A stretch of 38,986 bases of DNA from Phoronis australis (lineage: Eukaryota > Animalia > Phoronida). The position numbers and the translations under genes are program-made. The stretch is from the NCBI GenBank assembly GCA_002633005.1, contig NMRA01001217.1, positions 1 to 38,986 of the forward strand, in the 5' to 3' direction. Shown piece by piece: positions 1-11,662 of the stretch; position 1 is the stretch's first letter; every line of letters begins with the position of its first letter. The notes below the pieces were generated by a model, which saw only the letters and a program-made list of their open reading frames with translations, was not told where the DNA came from and did not search any database.

Positions 1-1465
1 TTTGAAACAAGACAAAATGTTAGTTTTAGCAAACTGAGGCAGACTCAGTCCGAAGGTTTGGTGACAGGTGCGGGGGTGCTATAACATGGGTGACCAGGAG
101 GGCAGAATTTTCCCCTAACTAAAGAAATCCAATTTAGGACACAATATGGTCAATAGTGAGTTACATTTTACTTCATCATTTTTACAGGAAAGATAGGTGG
201 CTATCCAAATTAAATGGTTTTCCTTGTCCAGGGGTGTGTATCATGGAAGTAACTTCAGACAGAAATTTGATCTTGAGCTCCCACATTACAAATGGATGAA
301 AAAAGTGTAGTCAGTTGAATGCATCACAGTCTAGAGAGGGGGGATAACCAATTTGGGTGTAATAACAACCACAATTGTTGAGACCATAGTGCTAGCTATT
401 TAATCTTTCCACTGCATTAGCTCAGATCTGCATCAATACAAAGGGCGTGCTGAATAGGCATCATGAAATTTGTCTGGGCCAGGTTGAGGGAATCTGAGCC
501 ATGACCACATGATACCCAATGCACGGGGGGGCTGCAATAGGGGAGAAAAGAAATGTACAATCATGGCAAAACAACAGTATCGAAGCATAATGCAATTTCT
601 TTGTGATGTTCATATTATTAAGATGGCATTTTAAAATGCTATTCATTTCCGAAATTGTATTTTTTTTCTTTTTCTTTTGTGCTTTTTTGCCATAAAAATC
701 ATATAAAATTACATTTTTCGACAGCACATAATGCAAAAGTGAAAATACTTAGAACAGAACAATGTACAAATACAAGTAATTGAAAATTTTAGTTGAATTC
801 GATTAGCCATTTCTGAGATATCTATCTGAAGAATACAAAAATTTATCATTTTTCTACAGATAGGCTACTCAGAAGTCCTGCACAAATCAGTGAACAGAAG
901 AATTTCGATAGGGTAATGTGGCAGCTAGCCATTACTCTAGGCTTAAATACTGTTCAATGAGAAATTTGACAACATAAAATTTCACCTGTCCACTGTGACT
1001 CTGACCCTAGGCCTAATTGACCGCCTTTGTAACACTGACTGGGCTGACATAACGACTCATGCCTGGCCCTAGGTCGATTTTTGCCACTTCCTGACCCGTC
1101 GCAAAAGCCAAAATGTGACCTGGAGCTTTTAAACTTCTCGGGGACCTGGCATATATGATATCGCACCTATTATTTTCGGGACATATTCCGAACATAAATA
1201 AAACAACTCGTGTGAATCTGACCGCTATTTGGTTGATTGCCAACCGAAAACATTCCTTTCCGATGACTTGGGAGCCGAAGTCGCGTTTTACATGGGATCA
1301 TGCAGAATCGAACTTTGGCGCGTTTCATTGGCTAACATTTTCGGCTACTTTTGCAAATTTCCGGATGCGCCGAAGAAAGTTTGGGGGCCAGCCGAGCATA
1401 ACACGTGATAAAACGTCACAAACTTGACAGTTGCGTTTCTACTAATTCTTAGGCGATCAACTTAC

Positions 1466-2543
1466 TGTAACGGGGGCGGTATCTACGACCAAGGCGCCCC
1501 GATTTTACGAGCCCGGTGCGGACTGAGGGTGATGTTGAAAACTAAAAGTTGGTGAATAATACATAGGTTTATTGTAAGAATATATAACTACAATATTCCA
1601 CACTTACAAGCAATCCAGTTGTTCCATGATTTAGTATCGCAGCGTTGTGATTTATACAGTTCTGATACACGGGCAAGCCAGTCGCTGATTAATAGTTGTG
1701 TGTGCAAGAACGGGGCAATTTGGTTATTCAGATCCGAAAGGTGAGATGCAATCAAGCTCGGGAGGAGCCCGAGAATTGCATGGGGCTAAACTGTTGGCAA
1801 CCAAGTTCGGGAGGAGCCCGAAAGCTGCACAAACAGTTNNNNNNNNNNNNNNNNNNNNNNNNNNNNNNNNNNNNNNNNNNNNNNNNNNNNNNNNNNNNNN
1901 NNNNNNNNNNNNNNNNNNNNNNNNNNNNNNNNNNNNNNNNNNNNNNNNNNNNNNNNNNNNNNNNNNNNNNNNNNNNNNNNNNNNNNNNNNNNNNNNNNNN
2001 NNNNNNNNNNNNNNNNNNNNNNNNNNNNNNNNNNNNNNNNNNNNNNNNNNNNNNNNNNNNNNNNNNNNNNNNNNNNNNNNNNNNNNNNNNNNNNNNNNNN
2101 NNNNNNNNNNNNNNNNNNNNNNNNNNNNNNNNNNNNNNNNNNNNNNNNNNNNNNNNNNNNNNNNNNNNNNNNNNNNNNNNNNNNNNNNNNNNNNNNNNNN
2201 NNNNNNNNNNNNNNNNNNNNNNNNNNNNNNNNNNNNNNNNNNNNNNNNNNNNNNNNNNNNNNNNNNNNNNNNNNNNNNNNNNNNNNNNNNNNNNNNNNNN
2301 NNNNNNNNNNNNNNNNNNNNNNNNNNNNNNNNNNNNNNNNNNNNNNNNNNNNNNNNNNNNNNNNNNNNNNNNNNNNNNNNNNNNNNNNNNNNNNNNNNNN
2401 NNNNNNNNNNNNNNNNNNNNNNNNNNNNNNNNNNNNNNNNNNNNNNNNNNNNNNNNNNNNNNNNNNNNNNNNNNNNNNNNNNTATGTGGAGCGCTCCAGA
2501 TGCCATACAGGGAGACCACATAAAATATATGTGCCGGTCGGCA
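1466..2543 (-). mobile_element. Probable solo LTR, partly in an N gap
   Basis: TG(TAAC)...CA termini flanked by CTTAC at 1461-1465 and 2544-2548; AATAAA on the minus strand at 1568-1573; internal ~28-bp direct repeat near 1753 and 1802. The middle is unsequenced. Confidence 0.5.
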
Positions 2544-4781
2544 CTTACTTCGCGGCATCACGACCGCCAAAGCAGGGACAGACCGGCCTGCCAGCGCTCC
2601 GCCCTCGGCACCGCAGACCCCGCAAACTGCCGTGGACCGCCGTCTGGGGAGTTTTCACACTGAGGTACCCGGGACAGGACTAGGGACTGTATCCTGGCCT
2701 GCCGATAGACCCCGCTGTATGCTTACCTTGGTTATTTTTTCAAAGCAACGTTTCTGAAACCGACACAATTGGCCAATAATCGACACATTTTCGCGGACCT
2801 AAAATTTTTTTCAGGAAGTTGACGCAAATGCCCAATTCATAGGCCTGAACCTACTGAGTACGCCGTTTTTTTCCTCAGTCCCTACTCAGTGAATTTTCGA
2901 TTTTCCGTCAATAGTGAAAGCGTGGGCACCGCCTATAGACCATATGTGCGATGTAGCACTGAAAAAAAGTGGGGGGCTATAGCTCCCAGCTCGCCCTGAA
3001 GCGCCTCCCAGTGGTGGAAAGGCCGGTCCAATGACGTAGACCTACCGAAAAATTCGAGACCCTAGTTTTAGGTTGGGCCCGGTGCGCGCATGCCATCATG
3101 ATCCCTGCATGATGTATCGCACTGCAGAAGTGGTTGGTTCCGTACCTGTTAGCGCGCAAGCGCGGTAAAGGCAGATGATCGTCACTTGGAAATGATGATC
3201 GACTGAGGGGGCTGGCGGGGGGCTATATAGTGCTGCGATGTTCAGTGTGATGAATGTGCGACTCGTTTTTTATTACAAAAGACAGTAAACGTGAAAATGA
3301 CAACCCAAACGACAGCCATGCACGACTTTACTTTCATTAAAGTAGTTTTTAAGTCGCCAAGAAATGCTTAAACCCATTTTTTCTTTCTGGCGCTATGTCT
3401 ATCTTTGGCTACGTGCACGGATTAATCAGTATAAGCAGTGTGGACCAATCTAGAGTGTCTGTGCAGGAAACAAATGTTGTTGCGTCGTACAAAACGTGTT
3501 GGCTTGTACGCCAGCGATTCAAGCCGTGGACTTATGCGCAGCGTGCGCACGGACAAAGCCAGTGCAGATGAAAGAGAACAGCGACAGTCCTACTAATAGC
3601 TGAGTGTACCAGGTTGGCTCTGTTAAGCACTCGGGTGCCCCATGTTCAATATGTTCCTAGCCAGGTATTGCATTGAACTAGTAAACGGCTATAGATGCGA
3701 AATTGCATGTAGATAGCGATCTTTTTAATTCTATCAGAAGCCTCATACAGCCCCCCCCCGCCAATTTTTCGCTCCCCGCGTTACGCCTTAAAATTAATTT
3801 TCAAACTCCAATAGAAATGATCTTGTTCTAGCTGAAGCGGGCAATTAAAAACAAAATTATTCCGGGGTGGCTAAAAAGGGTACAGTGTATGTGGTAACGA
3901 TAGTCCGCAGGGAGTCACCCTTATACTAGATGGAGTTTGCCTTGCCGATTTCTTACAGACAGTGCACTCAGCTCTTTCAATGTCTTATTACCTCAAGCAC
4001 TCACTGGTTAACGACTATGGTCACTCATGCGCCTACTTCCCTACCTTAATTTGAGGTGTTTCGTAATAAGCGCTCACGGCTCTACTAAGCGTTCCCCCTC
4101 TATTTTGTATTAAACGCCCCACCCGTTCAGGTTTGCCTGCGCCCATCATTGCGCACTACAAACGGCCGCACGTGATGATTTGAAATTGATGTAGCCTATA
4201 TCGTGAGTCACTCTCATTTTACACAAAAAATTCAGTTTAACAAAAACGTCTTTTCTCAAACTACAAACTGAAAACCAAACCCCGGCTTTGTTTTATATCT
4301 CCGAAAGAAAGTTAACACTCCAGTGACCGGACATCAGTCCTTGTCGTTTTGTGACTGACCTATTCCCCTACATGGTAGACTGAGGAGCAAACTCGAATTA
4401 CTCGATGGAAATCCACACGGAGTCGGGAATTATTTCGAGACTTCTCATTTCATGGAAAACTAATTGTTGAGTATATCAGCAGCATCAGCCGATTTCATCA
4501 ACGTGGTTTAAAGTTAAACCTGGTTGAAAGTGAACTTACACCAAGATAATCCACATTTCATAAAGATATGACTTTAGACTATAGTGGTTTAGTAAATACA
4601 CTAGTCTTAGATTTATGACATGGGCAAAACCTCTTGGAAATTTCGTCAAAATCCCAATTTGCCCCTATAAAAACAATATTTTTTTAACTAAAAACTTGAA
4701 AGTTGACATGTCTAAAACTCTCAACCACATGATACAACTTTGTAAAAACACACTTGTATGCGCAATTTAAACCCTAGGTTA

Positions 4782-5290
4782 CTTTTTATGCGCCAAATAC
4801 TTGTATGTGGACGCATTATGCAGTCATCCACGTCCGTCCGTCCGCCGTACCCCGCTCTATCTCCACAATCCTTTGACTTATGTTCGTGAAATTTTGCACG
4901 TGTTCCTTTCATGGATTGGACGGCAGTGAGCGAACTCAGTTTCCGACGGAACCGACTACCGGTGTACCCTCTGGTGGCAACCAAAAGTTTGTATCTTCAA
5001 AGGTCCTCAACGGATTTTCATAAAACTTGGCATATAGGCATCTATTAGTGAAACGACACTATTCTCTCATTTTCGGATGGATTCGAGGTATTATGCGCCG
5101 CCTAGTGGCCATTTCACTGTTTTCTAGTCTGTTTTTTTGGCGTCCACCCCTTTATCAACCTAACCATATACTGAGGAAGATTTTCAAATTGCATCTATTT
5201 TCTAACTATGAAGAGGGTGGCTGACGATTTTTCGACGACTTCAACTCATGTGGCACCTCTTAGCGGCAGTTTATTTTATATTCTGATTCC
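4782..5290 (+). mobile_element. Helentron-associated (HINE/DINE-1/pearl-like) non-autonomous element, 5' part; second copy ~6280-6790
   Basis: T-run start (tttttatgcgcc), (GTCC)n microsatellite near 4832, then degenerate ~130-160 bp internal units; architecture typical of HINEs. No 3' hairpin end identified. Confidence 0.55.
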
Positions 5291-5514
5291 TTACAAGTTT
5301 TTCTCGATTGCATTACTCTGTTCGTCCTTCCAATGCCAACAAAGTATTACTGCTGCGCTGTGGGCTGCAATGTGGGAAAGTTTGATAAACTGGACAGAAA
5401 CCTGGAGATGGTGTGATGTGCAATTCTTTGCCTTCCGACATCAATAAGAGACACGAAAATATGCCTCATTTCCAAAACGAGGCCACGCGCTTTCTTATCT
5501 TCAGGACAAAATTT

Positions 5515-5978
5515 GTTAAAGGTTTCTGTCTCCACGCCAAAAGTGAGTGCCCTGAGCGGTATAAGGTCGCCGTTGTGGTCAACTTCCTAAAGAGGGCGTA
5601 TTCGGTATCGTCCAACTAGCTATTGTGGTTCAATCAAGAGGCAGATCTTTTTAGACAAACACTGGTGAATAATGGGTATACCAATGCTTTTGTGGATTTC
5701 CATATTAAGCGATTTGGGTCCAGAATTAGCTATGAAGTAACTGCACGTTGGACCGGTGTCACCAAAAAGATATTTTACAAAAATGTCATGTCTAATAATT
5801 ACCTCCAGGACGAACACGCAATTAAGAAAATAATAAGGAACAATGTTAAAGTTTGTAAGCCTGATGATCACCTCGATGTTATTATTTATTATCGGAATAG
5901 GAAGTCCTCCAACTTGGTCATGAAGAATAACATTTCTAAAGCGAAAGTCCGCCCCGTTGCACAGTGTAGTGTTGTTAA
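5515..5978 (+). mobile_element. Penelope-like retroelement fragment (RT C-terminal/thumb and linker), truncated before GIY-YIG
   Basis: CLHAKSECPERYKVAVVVNFLKRAYSVSSN*...LVNNGYTNAFVD resembles the PLE RT C-terminus; in-frame stop at 5617-5619. Confidence 0.8.
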
Positions 5979-7019
5979 TCATGATTTCATCAAGGTGGTT
6001 TAAAGTTAAACCTGGTTGAAAGTGAACTTACACCAAGATAATTCACATTTCATAAAGATATGACTTTTAGACTATAGGCTAGTGGTCTAGTAAATACTCT
6101 AGTCTTAGGTTTATGACATGGGCAGAACCTCTTGGAAATTTCGTCAAAATCCCAATTTGCCCCTATAAAAACAATATTTTTTTAACTAAAAACTTGAAAG
6201 TTGACATGTCTAAAACTCTCAACCACATGATACAACTTTGTAAAAACACACTTGTATGCGCAATTTAAACCCTAGGTTACTTTTTATGCGCCAAATACTT
6301 GTATGTGGACGCATTATGCAGTCATCCACGTCCGTCCGTCCGCCGTACCCCGCTCTATCTCCACAATCCTTTGACTTATGTTCGTGAAATTTTGCACGTG
6401 TTCCTTTCATGGATTGGACGGCAGTGAGCGAACTCAGTTTCCGACGGAACCGACTACCGGTGTACCCTCTGGTGGCAACCAAAAGTTTGTATCTTCAAAG
6501 GTCCTCAACGGATTTTCATAAAACTTGGCATATAGGCATCTATTAGTGAAACGACACTATTCTCTCATTTTCGGATGGATTCGAGGTATTATGCGCCGCC
6601 TAGTGGCCATTTCACTGTTTTCTAGTCTGTTTTTTCATTACGTCCACCCCCGGTTATCAACCTAACCATATACTGAGGAAGATTTTCAAAATTTGCATCT
6701 ATTTTCTAACTATGAAGAGGGTGGCTGACGATTTTTCGACGACTTCAACTCATGTGGCACCTCTTAGCGGCTGTTTATTTTGTATTCTGATTCCTTACAA
6801 GTTTTTCTCGATTGCATTACCCTGTTCGTCCTTCCAATGCCAACAAAGTATTACTGCTGCGCTGTGGGCTGCAATGTGGGAAAGTTTGATAAACTGGACA
6901 GAAACCTGGGGATGGTGTGATGTGCAATTCTTTGCCTTCCGACATCAATAAGAGACACGAAAATGTGCCCCATTTCCAAAACGAGGCCACGCCCTTTCTT
7001 ATCTTCAGGAAAGAATTTG

Positions 7020-8125
7020 TTAAAGGTTTCTGTCTCCACGCCAAAAGTGATTGCCCTGAGCGGTATAAGGTCGCCGTTGTGGTCAACTTCCTAAAGAGGG
7101 CGTATTCGGTATCGTCCAACTGGCTATTGTTCAATCAAGAGGTAGATCTTTTTAGACAAACACTGGTGAATAATGGGTATACCAATGCTTTTGTGGATTT
7201 CCATATTAAGCGATTAATTGTGTCCAAAATTAGCTATGAAGTCCCTGCACGTCGGACCGGTGTCACCAAAAAGATATTTTACAAAAGTGTCATGTCTCAA
7301 TAATTACCTCCAGGACGAACACGCAATTAAGAAAATTATAAGGGACAATGTTAAAGTTTGTAAGCCTGATGATCACCTCGATGTTATTATTTATAATCGG
7401 AATAGGAAGTCCTCCAACTTGGTCATGAAGAATAACATTTCTAAAGCGAAAGTCCGCCCCGTTGCACAGTGTAGTATTGTTTATGAGTTTGTATGCCCTA
7501 TGAACGAATGTCTTCGTTCAAACGTCAAACAATGTTACATTGGTCAAACGGTTTGCAGTCTTTCCCGTCGGTTATCCATGCATCTTCAAAATGGCGCCAT
7601 TCAAAATCATTTTCTGCAATGCCACGCACGTAAAATCACCCGTTAAGAAATTGTGGAAAACACATCCGCAATTCGCTACGTGGAGCAAGATGTGCTGCGT
7701 TTGAAAGTATTATAGTCCCTTTTAATTGCTTTTGAGAAGCCTGATTTGAATGAGCAGCAAACAGGGTTGCGCCGCACCGTTACACTTGTTTGCGTGACTT
7801 TCCTGTTACCCCCTTTCATTAGTCATTCTTTGCAGTATTTCGCACCCGCCGTGTCTCACTGTGCAGTGTGTCGTCAGCTTATACTCTGTGGTGGCATTAC
7901 TGCGTCATTTTATCTTCACTTGAGAATGAAACAAGTATGTTTCGAAATATCGTGTGTCTTTTAATTATGTTGCTAGGTCAGTTACTGTATCTATGTTCAG
8001 TTGAGAGTAGAGTTTTGTTCCGAAAGTACGAACGTGACGGAATAAAGACTGTGAACAATGGAAAGTGTCGTGCATTTAACAAATTCTGTATAACCGAAAA
8101 CTTGCCCCTGAAGTACAGTCATCTT
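7020..8125 (+). mobile_element. Decayed 5'-truncated Penelope-like element: RT C-terminus, GIY-YIG endonuclease, pseudo-LTR and restart of the ORF N-terminus
   Basis: VYEFVC...CYIGQTVCSLSRRLSMH...LKVL*SLLIAFEKPDLNEQ (GIY-YIG); frameshifts and stops at 7644 and 7713; then ATG 7967 MLLGQLL...FRKYER...FNKFCITENLPLKY, resembling a PLE ORF start. Confidence 0.88.
7917..7954 (+). ncRNA. Hammerhead-ribozyme-like motif in the PLE pseudo-LTR (non-canonical core)
   Basis: CAC-ttgagaat-GAAACA(agta)TGTTTC-gaaa-tatc-GTG: perfect 6-bp stem followed by GAAA and an AUC triplet, where PLEs carry minimal hammerheads; the CUGANGA box is imperfect. Confidence 0.45.
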
Positions 8126-9260
8126 CAGGACAAAGGACATCCTAATCTGGGATGGCCCTATTATAAAAAGCGCATTGCTTATCCTGTGCAAATTATTTTC
8201 AGTGCAAATACAACTGATTTTAAAAACATCCTACTTGAAAAGAAGCCTTTCGAGCAAACAGTGTGTCCTGATAATGCTTCAAATTTGAAAATGGACTGGA
8301 ATGAACCCTAAATGTCATAGTAACTGTTACTAGACAGCAATTCTCTGCTTTAAGATCCACAAGATAAAAATACAGTCAAATGATCGTCAGTCTTTTTGTT
8401 TCAAACACATACATCATTTTGTTCATAACTGTAATAATTACGTCATTAGAATCCACAATATATCATTTACAGTTTCATTCTGTATGCATTAGTGTGAGGA
8501 GACATTCGTAATTACTTTAGGCTTATTGTTATTCTTATTTAGTTGCAAATGTTCAGTTATTCTTATGCTAATGTCTTTGTTACGTCTCAGTGCGCCTTTG
8601 TTACCTAGGCATGCGGGCGCGACTGTATGTGTTTGGCACTTCGCTAGCGACAGGCTTGGGAGAAGGGTGTTTCCTTCTTTTGCCTACATGAAATTGATCG
8701 TTATCATGTGTAACTGAACTGAACGTATGCCTGAGGAGGTGAAACAGCTGAGACTTGCTCTGTTACACAAGTAACGCCATAGACACTATATGAGAAGGAT
8801 ACATGTAGTGTGGTCTTACTCTCTGACGACTTACATAGCACAATCTTAGTGCCCCCGGGCGGCGGAGCTAAGACAGTCATATCAAACAATTTTACTGACC
8901 TACAGTTCATTAAGGAGAATATTAAACTGAATTAATGATGTTTGGCAATTTGGAAAATTTTTATATCATCTTAGCCTTCAATTCTTCATTTACATACATC
9001 CTCATAAAAGATGCTTAAAAATTGCAGGTTGTCATTTTGATCTCAACACTGTAAACCCTATACCTAATTATCCTACTGTCCAACACAACTGAATGACAGC
9101 CGAATCTAAAGAACCCAGGATTGCCCACAGACTTAAACTGCAAATTGGCCAATGATCACACCACTACACAAAGAACAGGTTCAACAGAATGAACCATTAC
9201 AGCATTTTCCTGTTGCTCCCAACTCCTTGGATTCTATAACCCAACAACAAGTTGGGAAGT

Positions 9261-9668
9261 TTACCTCTGAAGCCAATACCATACACGACTGATTAACTCC
9301 ATTCTGGCATTTATGGTAGGAGGGCCAGCTCTCTTTTGTTCAATAATTGCTCTAATCTCCAATAAGATCATATCTACCCTGATAGGGCTGTGCTGTTAAA
9401 AATAAAAGTTAAGTCATAACATATTTGAACATAAACCAATAGCATTTTTGAAATCTTCGTCAAATGGTGATCATGTTTAGTTTTTGAATCGCCAAAATTG
9501 CCCAACTACAACCGAAGTTACGACAATCAGATTCTATTCTTTCCGAATACACCAATTCACTCTGAGTTTGACTGTGTTCACACGAGGTCTGTAATCTGCC
9601 CGATAGATAAGTGGCCTGCTTGTTGTCATAACAGACAAAACTCTGTCATGAATGGACCAGGTGACCAT
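9261..9668 (-). CDS. Candidate two-exon 79-aa ORF (exons 9668-9561 and 9392-9261), copy 1
   Basis: Duplicate of 10836-11243 encoding the identical peptide. Confidence 0.35.
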
Positions 9669-10835
9669 ATTGGTTTGGCTTAGGGACACTTGAAAATTTA
9701 AGCTCAAAGTATAGCTGGGCACAAAGAGATACTTTTTAATAGCTATTTTAAAGACAAGTTACTGGTATTTTTTTACTAAAAACAGGTGAAATGTGTACCA
9801 ANAAGAAGCCTTTCGAGCAAACAGTGTGTCCCGATAATGCTTCAAATTTGAAAATGGACTGTAATGAACCGTAAATGTCATAGTAACTGTTACTAGACAG
9901 CAATTCTCTGCTTTAAGACCCACAAGATAAAAATACAGTCAGTCAAATGATCATCAGTCTTTTCGTTTCAAACACATACATCATTTTGTTCATAATTGTA
10001 ATAATTACCTCATTAGAATCCACAATATATCATTTAGTTTCATTCTGTACGCATTAGTGTGACGAGACATTCGTAACTTTATGCTTATTGTTATTCTTAT
10101 TTAGTTGTAAATGTTCAGTTATTCTTATGCTAATGTCTTGTTGCGTCTCAGTGCACCTTTGCTACATAGGCATGCGGGCGCGACTGTATGTGTCGGGCAC
10201 TTTGCTATCGACAGGCTTAGGAGAAAGGTGTTTCCTTCCTTTGCCTACATGAAATTGATCGTTATCATGTGTAACTGAACTGAAGGTATGCCTGACGAGG
10301 TGAAATACACATTTTTGATGCTCAGCTGAGACTTGCTCTGTTACACAAATAACGCCATAGACACTATATGAGAAGGATACATGTAGTGTGGTCTTACTCT
10401 CTGACGACTTACATAGCACAATCTTGGAGCCCCTGGGCGGAGCTAAGACAGTCATATCAAACAATTTTACTGACGTACAGTTCATTAAGGAGAATATTAA
10501 ACTGAATTAATGATGTTTGGCAATTTCGAAAATTTTTATATCATCTTAGCCTTCAATTCTTCATTTACATACATCCTCATAAAATATGCTTAAAAATTAC
10601 AGGTTGTCATTTTGATCCCAACTCTGTAAACCTTATACCTAATTATCCTACTGTCCAACACAACTGAATGACAGCCGGATCTAAAGAACCCAGGATTGCC
10701 CACAGACTTAAACTGCAAATTGGCCAATGATCACACCACTAAACAAAGAACAGGTTCATCAGAATGAACCTTTACAGCATTTTCCTGTTGCTCCCAACTC
10801 CTTGGATTCTATAACCCAACAACAAGTTGGGAAGT

Positions 10836-11243
10836 TTACCTCTGTAGCCAATACCATACACGACTGATTAACTCCATTCTGGCATTTATGGTAGGAGGTC
10901 CAGCTCTCTTCTGTTCAATAATTGCTCTAATCTCCAATAAGATCATATCTACCCTGATAGGGCTGTGCTGTTAAAAATAAAAGTTAAGTCATAACATATT
11001 TGAACATAAACCAATAGCATTTTTGAAATCTTCGTCAAATGGTGATCATGTTTAGTTTTTGAATCGCCAAAATTGCCCAACTACAACCGAAGTTACGACA
11101 ATCAGATTCTATTCTTTCCGAATACACCAATTCACTCTGAGTTTGACTGTGTTCACACGAGGTCTGTAATCTGCCCGATAGATAAGTGGCCTGCTTGTTG
11201 TCATAACAGACAAAACTCTGTCATGAATGGACCAGGTGACCAT
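10836..11243 (-). CDS. Candidate two-exon 79-aa ORF of unknown function (exons 11243-11136 and 10967-10836), copy 2
   Basis: ATG, phase-0 donor AGA|gtgaat, strong acceptor ttttatttttaacag, TAA stop; the three differences from the other copy are all synonymous. Confidence 0.4.
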
Positions 11244-11309
11244 ATTGGTTTGGCTTAGGGACACTTGAAAATTTAAGCTCAAAGTATAGCTGGGCACAAA
11301 GAGATACTT

Positions 11310-11315
11310 TTTAAT
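11310..11315 (-). promoter_or_regulatory. Candidate polyadenylation signal (ATTAAA) for VPS15
   Basis: ATTAAA on the minus strand about 350 nt after the stop codon; motif match only. Confidence 0.3.
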
Positions 11316-11662
11316 AGCTATTTTAAAGACAAGTTACTGGTATTTTTTTACTAAAAACAGGTGAAATGTGTACCAACAGATTTTCAGAGAAAGATGAACA
11401 AGAGCAGCATATGATGAATACAAAACTTAAAATATGTTCACCTTAGTTCATAACTTCACAGTGTAGGCAATGAAATCTAATACAAATGAACTTCAAACAC
11501 GGCCTATGTTTAAGAATTCAAGAAGTTGTAAAGTTCCATTTTTAAAAAAAGGAGCTTTGCCACCGTCTTAGCTGTGGCTAGAAGTGTGACCTTAGATGAA
11601 ATGACCCATTGTGCAGAAGGTCGAGGAAGATCTCAATCACGCGCGTCAGTTGGGCATTTTTC

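Larger units (their letters stand above)
4491..7475 (+). repeat. Tandem duplication, ~1.5 kb unit (4491-5970 / 5983-7475)
   Basis: Near-identical sequence read directly; the same 87-aa spurious ORF appears at 4721 and 6219; no N at the junction. Confidence 0.95.
8240..11376 (+). repeat. Tandem duplication, ~1.57 kb unit (8240-9801 / 9803-11376) joined by a single N
   Basis: Directly alignable; identical ORFs at 9498/11073 and 9534/11109; N at 9802 lies exactly at the junction. Confidence 0.95.

Noticed and set aside
1696-2663. Long ORFs of 250-320 aa in several frames
   Set aside because: Artefacts of translating through the N gap (1838-2481).
2950-3790. G-run and C-run motifs resembling inverted termini of a DNA transposon
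   Set aside because: The match is too loose and no target-site duplication could be fixed.
4721-6482. Identical 87-aa ORFs at 4721-4984 and 6219-6482
   Set aside because: Antisense reading of a non-coding HINE-like repeat; the identity only reflects the DNA duplication.
7868-8311. 147-aa ORF as a host gene
   Set aside because: Its core (7967-8125) is the restarted Penelope ORF N-terminus; the rest is read-through into flanking DNA.
11345-11445. Plus-strand acceptor-like tttttttactaaaaacag followed by short open frames
   Set aside because: No recognisable product or supporting upstream exon; overlaps the presumed VPS15 3' UTR.
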